From Octopus bimaculoides (lineage: Eukaryota): a DNA stretch of 64,000 bases. Shown piece after piece: positions 13,481 to 22,398 of this stretch. The stretch lies in the NCBI RefSeq assembly GCF_001194135.2, contig NC_068992.1:44210291-44274290 (forward strand). The letters run 5' to 3'. Numbering within the stretch: position 1 is the first letter of the stretch; every line of letters begins with the position of its first letter. The position numbers were made by a program, and so were the translations under genes. The notes below the pieces were generated by a model. It was not told the origin of the DNA. It did not search any database and worked only from the letters and a program-made list of their open reading frames with translations.

Positions 13481-15633
13481 TAACATCTAACTGGTTGTCC
13501 TATATTATATTTATAGATAAATTCCTTTATTTACATAATATCGAGGGCTCATTCATTCTTTTGTTGTCATATTATATATATATAAATTCCTAGTTTTATT
13601 TTTACCCAAATGTATATGTTCTAAATTGGAATATATCACCTGAACGTTATATAAAAAGTAATGAGAAAACACAACATGCAAATAAAGAATATGACCCGCT
13701 GACTACCTCCAATGTTCAAATTAATCACAACCGATAGAAGTGTGTCAAAAGACGTGTTGATTTTGAGGGTGTGTTCATTTTTTAGAGAGTAACTTGTCTA
13801 CTTAATTCAACAATGTTTAGTTAGAATAGAACCTTAGACTTATGTCAATAACATTACACTGCAATATTTTATTTATTTTCTCTTTCCTCTTGCATGAATT
13901 CTTTTAAAATGGAAATCTTTTTAGGCTTTGAAATTTTTGTTCACAGGACTCCATTTTAAAAATATATGTATTTCCGAACTTCCTCAGTTGATTTTATCTT
14001 TTCTTTATCTCTGATCATTTTGATTTCCGGTTAGAACACAATGTCAAAGGTTTGTATGTTTGCAGAGATTCTATGATGTTCATCTTTTATGCAAATTGGT
14101 AACTTTTATCATGGGAACTAGTTTCCATCACGCATTGGAAGCGGCTCACTGACTCCAATCTTGCCTCCAGCTACACACTGACGGTTCACCACTAAATATA
14201 AAAAAAATGATTCTAGTTTTCAAAAGACTTAATACCGGTGTTACGATAAAATATATATCTTCCTGTTCTACAAACTCCCTACCATTATCGGTAAATGACA
14301 CGAAGAATGATCAGGTGCTTAATCACGTGACAGTTAGCCATTATATACACACGCTATTTCATGCCATATCTTCTCAATATGTTTTATGTCTAAAAATCCG
14401 AGATTTTACACTTGATATTGAGGTCACATTTATTTCTACCCCTTTTCACGCAGATTTACCTTGGGTAGGTTATCTATAAAATCTATCTTAAAGAAAAATT
14501 CTAAAATTAGGTGAATTGAGTGTTTTTGCTCAAAACAGCGAAATAACAGCATCTATATTTGAACTAAGGATTATTGAGCTAAATTAGATCAATAATTTCT
14601 TTCATCAGTAATTACTCTTGTATAATACTTTCGTTTCCCTTATCTTACAGAAATTCTGTAATTTAATGGTAATCTTGGGCTTATTGCCAACAAGTATAAT
14701 ATTGTTACGTGGATGGGTTCGTCAGTAAGCGAAATACCTGTTGTAAACGTATTATCAATAAATAGAATATTTATCGTGAATCTACATCTATAGTGAGGTT
14801 TATCAGCTGGCGAGAATTTAATATTTTTTGTCAAGGAAAATGCATGCTTCAACGATTAAGCAAATATCTTTGGATATCTGTCAGGATCAAAAACATCTGT
14901 ATTTTGGCATGTTACAACATTTTTACCTATCACCACCTCCTTGTGTGTACTTGTCGATAATCGCTGAAATCTTGAATTTTTATCAAAGAAATATAACTCA
15001 AACAAATATGGTTTAGCTACAACAAAATACCTGACTGCATTAACGTTTTCAATGCTGCTGCTGATGCTACTCTGATCTATTCATGTTTATATTTTTGTTG
15101 AAAATATGCTACCACGATAAAAACTGCACCTCCACCTTCTTAAAGGATCACACACCTCTTAAATGCATAGTCATTGCTGCCAAAATCATTTACGTTTCTT
15201 CTGTGAAGTGGATAGAATATGAAGTAATATAGTATTGACAGTTGTCATTACTTGTTAACGGGAAAAATTAAGCAACAGACCCACAAAAAGAATATGTCAA
15301 TGAATTATGAATTGGAAATAAAATTAAATCCGCTTTATATCTTTTCCATTCAGTAGATTCTGTGTTTGCTATATCTGTTTAAGAAAGTTACACTAATGTG
15401 AAGCACTGAGTTAATTTTCACAAAACTTTCCAGTTTTCCAATCTACATTATTTTCGTTCATGATGTAACACATATTTAAGTTCAAATTCTCTTTATTCGA
15501 TACAGTTAGTACTTGTAATTTACTAGGATCTTTGAATTGTAAAGCATCAATTGTAATCACAAGCCTGCTACATTTGATGATATTCAATTGTTGTTGTATT
15601 ATTGTAAAATAACATTGCTCTTTCATATTCTAG

Positions 15634-15740
15634 ACTGACGGGCTGATGGAGTGGAGTAAATGGTCGCAATGGAGTGAATGCACAAAAACATGTAACCGGG
15701 GAGTTTCTCAGAGGCGAAGGCAATGCAACGAAAATCCTAA
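15634..15740 (+). CDS. Exon of ADAMTS-like (THSD4/ADAMTSL4-6-like) gene: N-terminal part of TSP1 repeat
   Basis: tttcatattctag| acceptor and |gtaagt donor; translates TDGLMEWSKWSQWSECTKTCNRGVSQRRRQCNENP(N) with the WxxWxxWxxCxxxC...RxRxC TSP1 signature; 107 nt, phase 0 to phase 2. Confidence 0.93.
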
Positions 15741-15949
15741 GTAAGTTATGTTATATATTATACACATATAATAAATTAACACAAACTTGGACCTGCTTGG
15801 GCCAAGATTGGCCCAGGTCATATCTAGCACCACCTGGTATATAATAGATTGCGAGAAATAGTTGAGGATACTTAATTATCAGTATAGTACCCTTTTTAAT
15901 CCAGTTAAAAGGACTTTATTTCTTTCAGATCTTCTATGCCAAATAAAAT

Positions 15950-16430
15950 GCTAACACAAGAAATGAAGACATACAGCTATTGTTACCGTACATGTGGAAC
16001 ACGGTAATTTAGATATTGCCAATTTTCTAAATGTTGCAAGCTCTTTTGTACATAAAGTTTGGATGGAATTTGAGGCCTTTAGGGGGAATGTTTCAACTGT
16101 ATCAAAGAAATAAAACATCCTAAACGTTTGGACACTATAAGGACACCGCAATTCATTCAATGGGCTCTAACATTATTGATGATGATCCCAGAAAATCAAG
16201 GAAATGTTAAAGTGGATTATCGAACTCACGAGTACATTCGATACAAATCGTAGTTCTGAAGAGAGGCCAATTCTTGTCTACAAAAAGACAGAGAGACTGA
16301 TCCGTACCAAGTGGACATGGTATGCTTTGGTTCATCTCTGATAAGGGAAACTTCGACCAAGATCAAAATCTAAAAAAAGGATCTAATGATAAATAATGTA
16401 AAAAAGAATTGGTATATTAACTTCAGGTGA
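15950..16430 (+). mobile_element. Degenerate Tc1/mariner-superfamily transposase fragment (maT/DD37D-like)
   Basis: KRHTAIVTVHVEHGNLDIANFLNVASSFVHKV (HTH-like) and FISDKGNFDQDQN resembling the FSDEKxF first catalytic Asp motif; frameshifts and stops. Confidence 0.65.
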
Positions 16431-16736
16431 TTCCGTCTTTGAGCACTCTGTAGTAACACAACTCAGCTAATTAGATAGACCAGTGATAATCGTTGTAAAC
16501 CATGTTAGCCCATACAATTATATTTGTACTCCTGTTCAATTAGTAAATCCAAAGTTCACTTCTGAAGATTTCAGATCATAGTATAAAACACAAAGAAGAC
16601 TGGAGAGTTATACATTTGAATTCAAAATTGATAAACTATAATTTGTTTACGCGCGTTTCATATAAGCTAGTGTTGCGTAATACAATTATGTGCGTCAGGT
16701 CTGCATATTAATCTGTCCATATTTAATCGACTACAG

Positions 16737-17075
16737 CAGGGATTCTGAACAATTTTTTGTTTATGGACCCCTTTCATTACTATCTTACTCTGGTGGACTT
16801 TTCGTAGCCATGCGATGCTTGAAAAATAGTTTAATAGAAACTTCTCCTAAAATTCCTATTTTGCTTTTCCCATGTTAACTTGTGTAGGTTTAACTATGTA
16901 AAATGTTTTAGAGAAAGAAATCTAGCTATTTCTTGCAATAATTGCATCTAAAATAATGTTTTTTTACAAGAGCCTTTTAAACAGTATTGTGGACCTCCCC
17001 AATTTACTAATTTGCTGCGTGGATCCCCAAAATCTTATATGGACACTCAGGGGTCATATGGAACCCGGTTCAGAA
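16737..17075. mobile_element. hAT-type MITE relic
   Basis: Minus-strand end GTTCTGAACCGGGTTCCATATGACCCCTGAGTGTCCATATAAGATTTTGGGGATCCACGC and left-end ATGGACCCC subterminal motif resemble Charlie/MER5-like termini. Confidence 0.5.
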
Positions 17076-17385
17076 CATAGATCAAGAAAATCAACATCAG
17101 CCAATCCTTCTCAAAGCTATTCGCTACGCATTTACAACTTCTGTTACTGTTTCCTTTTATATTTTGTTTGTGAATGTGTGTATGTCTTTTTTTTTTTTAG
17201 TATCTTTAGTATTTAAAATAGTATATTAAATACCGTTTAGTCCTAGTTAATTCCTGTATTTAGTAAATTATGTTTTATTGAAGGGCTGTTTGTGTCTCTG
17301 ATTGTCCACTGCATCATTCTGCGTGATATGTGTTTAATCTGTTGTTGACTCAATTTTTCTGTATCCGTTTTTCCACTCTTTGCAG

Positions 17386-17458
17386 TGCTGTAAGATCGAC
17401 ATCGCATTTGGAAAGATGCCCGGGTCACTACAGACAATATATCGTCTGTAATACAGAG
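17386..17458 (+). CDS. Exon of ADAMTS-like gene: C-terminal part of TSP1 repeat
   Basis: Strong pyrimidine tract ...ccactctttgcag| and AG|gtaagt donor; 73 nt, phase 2 to 0, completes the previous exon in frame: (N)AVRSTSHLERCPGHYRQYIVCNTE; CxGxYRQYxxCNT resembles THSD4-type proteins (recalled family motif). Confidence 0.92.
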
Positions 17459-17497
17459 GTAAGTGATTTATCTTTAAATAACCATCGTTCACGTTTA

Positions 17498-17650
17498 CGA
17501 GGGGTTCCCAAAAAAACCAGAATTTTGCAATATTATTCTCTTCACTTATTTTTACATGTTTACACTTTTATCGCCTTCAAAGTATTCTCCATTTGAAGCA
17601 ATACATCGGTCCAGACGCGTTTTCCGCTGATCGAAGCAGTCCTACAACTC
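17498..17650 (-). mobile_element. Mariner 3' end with TIR
   Basis: TA|CGAGGGGTTCCCAAAAAAACC terminus; minus strand encodes KTRLDRCIASNGEYFEGD*, a typical mariner C-terminus. Confidence 0.8.
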
Positions 17651-17844
17651 TTGCGAAGTGGTGCCTGTTAACGTATCGTCCTGCCGCTTTCCTTTGGCCG
17701 AGAAGGCACGCAGTTTACCTGTGTCTGATGGCTATGGCAAAAGAGTTAGTTTGGTGGATGAGTTTGAAAGGAGCAAAAGTAGCCCAGTAACATTAAAACT
17801 GGAGAACGTTCTCTGATGCTGAGTTCAATTATTTCTATGACTAA

Positions 17845-19001
17845 ATCATGGATAGATATTTCTGAATATTTGATCAAACAGTTTTGTATAAACTTGATAT
17901 TTCCCTGTCGTTATATTCATTCCTCCAGGGTGTGATGTTAACCCGCAAACATATTTCTCCTCATGTATTCTGAGAAGTGAAAGGGAAATAGATTCAGAAT
18001 ATTTTCTGAGAAGATGCACTTTCAAGTCATTTTCAAAATTGCAGCATAATTTTAGCAAACATTATATAATAAATAACAGAATTCCTTTAGTGATTAACTG
18101 GCACCGAAATTTCGCTGGCATTTCAAAAGTGTTGCATGAGAGTTACCAGCATGTGACGAAAAAATATCCTCGTTTCAAACAGATATTTCTTCAGCCTCCT
18201 ATTGTAGCCTTCAGACGGAATAAGAATATAAGAGAATTATTGACCTCCATTTTTGACTCCAAGAAAACGAACAATGGAGTATCTGCACGCTGTACATTGA
18301 AAAAGAGTGGTAAGCCCTGTTCATTGTGCAACAACATGAGTTAAGTGAATTCCATCAAGAATCATAACAGAAATGTTATGATTTATTTATACAAAAGGTG
18401 GGACATGTAGAGATTCCCATTTGGTGTACGCGGCAGAATGCTCGAAATACAGCTTGATTTATGTTGGTTGTACAACAGAACAATTAAACAAAAGGCTTAA
18501 TGGGCACAGATTCGACGTCAGGCACAACAACAATAGTTCGACAGAACTTGTCAAACATTTCGTTTCATATGGTTACAATTTTGAAAAAGACTTAAAAGTG
18601 CATATTCTCAGAAAATATTCTGAATCTACTTCACGTTCACTTCTCAGAGGGAAAATATGTTTGCGGGTTATTAACATCACGCCCTGGAGGAATGAATAAA
18701 ATGACAGGAGAATATCATCAAATTTATACAAAACTGATTAAATATTCTTCTTTTTCTCTTTTTTCTTTCCTCTTTTTTTTCTGTCTCTTTCTTTTCGCCT
18801 GTTATAAAATTGGAACTTAAAGACTTGATGATGTCATTCCATCAATGTGTGCACGCTGGTTGCTCTTGTTCTTTACATTTAAATTTCTGTAATTTTGAAT
18901 TTTTATCACTTCTTATTTTGAACTTGACAAAGACAGACTTACTGCCGAAATATCGTTCAACCAATAAAATATCTATTACAATCGAATCGCGCTCTTCATC
19001 T

Positions 19002-19003
<2 letters not shown>
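17845..19003 (+). mobile_element. 5'-truncated Penelope-like retroelement (GIY-YIG endonuclease end) with inverted partial terminal repeat
   Basis: ORFs 18039-18344 and 18421-18699: PPIVAFRRNKNIRELL, Cys cluster, VYAAEC...YVGCT...RLNGHR GIY-YIG motif, LTSxPGGMN terminus; 17845-18045 is an inverted copy of ~18571-18745; hammerhead and (AAT)n follow. Confidence 0.88.
18918..18960 (+). ncRNA. Minimal Penelope-type hammerhead with U3-A8 core variant
   Basis: TTGAAC/GTTCAA 6-bp stem I; core TTGACAA; extra A; stem II GACAG-ACTTA-CTGCC (one A-C mismatch); GAAA; palindromic ATAT helix III; predicted cleavage after C18954; lies 3' of a GIY-YIG ORF. Confidence 0.75.
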
Positions 19004-19093
<90 letters not shown>

Positions 19094-19114
19094 TATAATT
19101 ATAATTATAATAAT

Positions 19115-19193
<79 letters not shown>

Positions 19194-19200
19194 GTAATAA
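19004..19200. repeat. (AAT)n microsatellite, centrally interrupted by TATAAT units
   Basis: Direct inspection. Confidence 0.98.
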
Positions 19201-19400
19201 GAGAGTATTGCAGTTCGCTTGAAACATTGTGTATTGTTTGTAAAGAATAAAAAGTTTTGAATGGTATAACAATGCACTATAATACAAAAAACTGGACTAT
19301 ATACTTGTTGTAATTTTGTTATCTATAGTCCGATGATATTTCGGAATACAATTCCTTCTTCAGATCTTCTTAGATGGAGTCTCTGGCAGAAATATGCTTT
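19201..19400 (-). mobile_element. 3' end of a second Penelope-like element, opposite orientation
   Basis: Minus-strand hammerhead followed by ~130 nt of unique sequence running into the same AAT/TTA tract; no ORF seen. Confidence 0.5.
19332..19366 (-). ncRNA. Minimal hammerhead with intact core
   Basis: Minus strand: GAT CTGAAGA A GGAAT-TGT-ATTCC GAAA TATC ATC; perfect 5-bp stem II, ATAT palindromic helix III, 3-bp stem I. Confidence 0.7.
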
Positions 19401-20456
19401 TACTAAAGTTGAATGAAACGTAATTAGGAAGAAATTATAATCTTTCCCTTCTAAGACTATAACTTGTGTAGTTATATAACCCTAAACTAACGTATAGTGA
19501 AGCTAATACATGATGTTTCATATCTTGTGGAAATATAGATTTGACAGTTACATTTGTTGCCAGAAAATGAAGTGTAACAGACTTAAGGGAATTATAAAGT
19601 TTGGCTGTGTTTCTTCATATTCTATATGAAAATCCCAGTAGAGTCATTGCATTTTATCTCTTCTTTTCAGATCTTCCCGTATGGGTTAATTAAATAGTAT
19701 TAGTAGTAATAATACTAGTTTTAGTAGAAGTGGTTGTGAAAACATTATTAAATATATTTTAAGAGATGGGTGTGGTGATTAAGTAGTTCTAGAGGAGAAT
19801 TTAATAATGGAATATAATTGTGAATAATATTGAGATGGCTCGTAATTGATCGACATATTTATAGGTTGTAATTATCGTAATAGTAATTATATAGTTTAGC
19901 ATAATGGAAAATAAAACATCTAAAATTATCGGTGCCTAATTTATATACACACGCACGCATGTGCGTGTGTTTGTAGTTTTTCCTATTTTTATTTGTGGGT
20001 TAACAAGGCTACCATTGATTTCAAGCTGAAAATTCTCAGCAATTATCAAGCCTGCTACATTAGGACGTTGGTACTCATCTCCATTTTAATGTTGGATCTT
20101 TATAATGTAGCGTTGTAGTACGGGGTAGCCTTTTTGAAAGTAGCTTTATCAGTGGATAGGTTAGAAACGTGCCAGCTAAGACTATAAATTAACTGTCTGT
20201 GATTGTCAGTAGGCGGTTAGAACCTATGTCAATATATGAAGTATGCTTTAACTGAACTCCCTCATAACACAGATATATGTGCATTACACATATCCATGAT
20301 ATCACGTGTTATACACAAACTCATGAGTCCACAGCCCCATAAATTTACAAAACCATGGAGTAAGTTTGACGTCAAAATAAGTGTAAGTCCACAATTATGT
20401 GCGCACACTCAAACCCGAACAAAATACATAATGCACACATATGTGTGCGTGCGTGC

Positions 20457-20519
<63 letters not shown>

Positions 20520-21109
20520 NNNNNNNNNNNNNNNNNNNNNNNNNNNNNNNNNNNNNNNNNNNNNNNNNNNNNNNNNNNNNNNNNNNNNNNNNNNNNNNNN
20601 NNNNNNNNNNNNNNNNNNNNNNNNNNNNNNNNNNNNNNNNNNNNNNNNNNNNNNNNNNNNNNNNNNNNNNNNNNNNNNNNNNNNNNNNNNNNNNNNNNNN
20701 NNNNNNNNNNNNNNNNNNNNNNNNNNNNNNNNNNNNNNNNNNNNNNNNNNNNNNNNNNNNNNNNNNNNNNNNNNNNNNNNNNNNNNNNNNNNNNNNNNNN
20801 NNNNNNNNNNNNNNNNNNNNNNNNNNNNNNNNNNNNNNNNNNNNNNNNNNNNNNNNNNNNNNNNNNNNNNNNNNNNNNNNNNNNNNNNNNNNNNNNNNNN
20901 NNNNNNNNNNNNNNNNNNNNNNNNNNNNNNNNNNNNNNNNNNNNNNNNNNNNNNNNNNNNNNNNNNNNNNNNNNNNNNNNNNNNNNNNNNNNNNNNNNNN
21001 NNNNNNNNNNNNNNNNNNNNNNNNNNNNNNNNNNNNNNNNNNNNNNNNNNNNNNNNNNNNNNNNNNNNNNNNNNNNNNNNNNNNNNNNNNNNNNNNNNNN
21101 NNNNNNNNN
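20520..21109. other. Assembly gap (N)
   Basis: Run of N after a (TG)n tract. Confidence 1.
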
Positions 21110-21320
21110 CAGTGAGTATTTATATTTCAACTTTTTTAAGCAGATAATATTTCAATTATTAAAAAGTAACTATATATTTCGTAAAGGACCCGTTCGTACC
21201 TCGGTATGGAATAATTTTTTTCCACAGGTATTTTCGAGAGCATTCAACGCATCTGACCGCCAAACCCACCGCAAGCCACTTCTTTTCGGAAAAGGAAGGG
21301 ATAAAGGGGTGGTGAGAAGA

Positions 21321-21344
21321 TCGGAGTTTCCCGGGAAACTCCGA
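21321..21344. promoter_or_regulatory. Perfect 24-bp palindrome with kappaB-like and STAT-like motifs (function untested)
   Basis: TCGGAGTTTCCCGGGAAACTCCGA; GGGAAACTCC on both strands fits GGGRNWYYCC; central TTCCCGGGAA fits TTC-N4-GAA. Confidence 0.3.
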
Positions 21345-21929
21345 GTTTCCCATCAACGGAGTTTTGTTTCGTGTTTCTTTTTCTCCTTCGGGTTATATTG
21401 CATGCTTTCAACGAATGAGTACTGAGGTCAACTCATTCGACTAAAAAATTTCTTCAACGCAGTGCTCCGGCATGGCCGCAGTCTAATGACAGAAACAAGT
21501 AAAAGATAAAAGATATGTGTGTGTGTATGTGTGTGTGTGTGTTTGTGCGTGCATGCGTGCGTGCGTGTGTGTGTGTGTGCAGTTTACAAACTCATAACAA
21601 TTAGATACTCTATAAACATGCCAGAGGCGAAGGGTGATTTTTTTCATAAAAGAAATGAAATTCTTTATATTTCAGCAACCATTGTATTTTTAATTATAGT
21701 AACTACTCCTCAGTTGTTTGCCTCCGTGAGAACAAAACATTTGCACAACTGACTGCTAGCCTCTTGTAATTGGGGACTGGAATTAAATTCCACTGAATTA
21801 ATACAAGTTACAGACAGTCTTGTTGATATTTACTTTTGCCCTCCCATCCCGGATTACACTAATTCTTATAGGTTTAAGTAAATATATAAACTTTATCGCC
21901 GTGTCTATTTTTAACAGTGTGCCAGTCTT

Positions 21930-22172
21930 TTTCATTTACTTGTTTCAGTCATTTGACTGCGGCCATGCTGGTGCACCGCCTTTAGTCGAACAAATCGACT
22001 CCAGGACTTATTCTTTGTATGCCTAGTACTTATTCTATCGGTCACTTACGCCGAACCGCTAAGTTACGGGTACGTAAACACACCAACATCGGTTGTCAAG
22101 CGATGATGGGAGGACAAACACAGGCACACAAACATACATATATACATACATACATACATATATATATATATA
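21930..22172 (-). mobile_element. SINE family B 3' half running into a microsatellite and N gap
   Basis: TTACTTGTTTCAGTCATTTGACTGCGGCCATGCTGG...CCGAACCGCTAAGTTACGGG...ATCGGTTGTCAAGCGATG...GGACAAACAC; other partial copies at ~21412-21513(+), 33262-33292(+), 42235-42358(+), 48440-48573(-), 51215-51400(-). Confidence 0.88.
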
Positions 22173-22398
22173 NNNNNNNNNNNNNNNNNNNNNNNNNNNN
22201 NNNNNNNNNNNNNNNNNNNNNNNNNNNNNNNNNNNNNNNNNNNNNNNNNNNNNNNNNNNNNNNNNNNNNNNNNNNNNNNNNNNNNNNNNNNNNNNNNNNN
22301 NNNNNNNNNNNNNNNNNNNNNNNNNNNNNNNNNNNNNNNNNNNNNNNNNNNNNNNNNNNNNNNNNNNNNNNNNNNNNNNNNNNNNNNNNNNNNNNNNN
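22173..22398. other. Assembly gap (N)
   Basis: Run of N after a (TACA)n(TA)n tract. Confidence 1.

Larger units (their letters stand above)
13042..13510. mobile_element. Foldback element: two ~175-bp inverted arms separated by a TA/TG microsatellite; probable Penelope pseudo-LTR pair
   Basis: Arms 13042-13217 and 13332-13510 are reverse complements with scattered mismatches (e.g. GGGGAAAGTAAAACTTCGTTCATAG / CTATGAACGAAGTTTTACTTTCCCC); each carries a hammerhead-like motif. Confidence 0.8.

Noticed and set aside
20236-21425. Long ORFs of 224-342 aa (also 22019-22455 and 52990-53616)
   Set aside because: Open only because they run through N gaps
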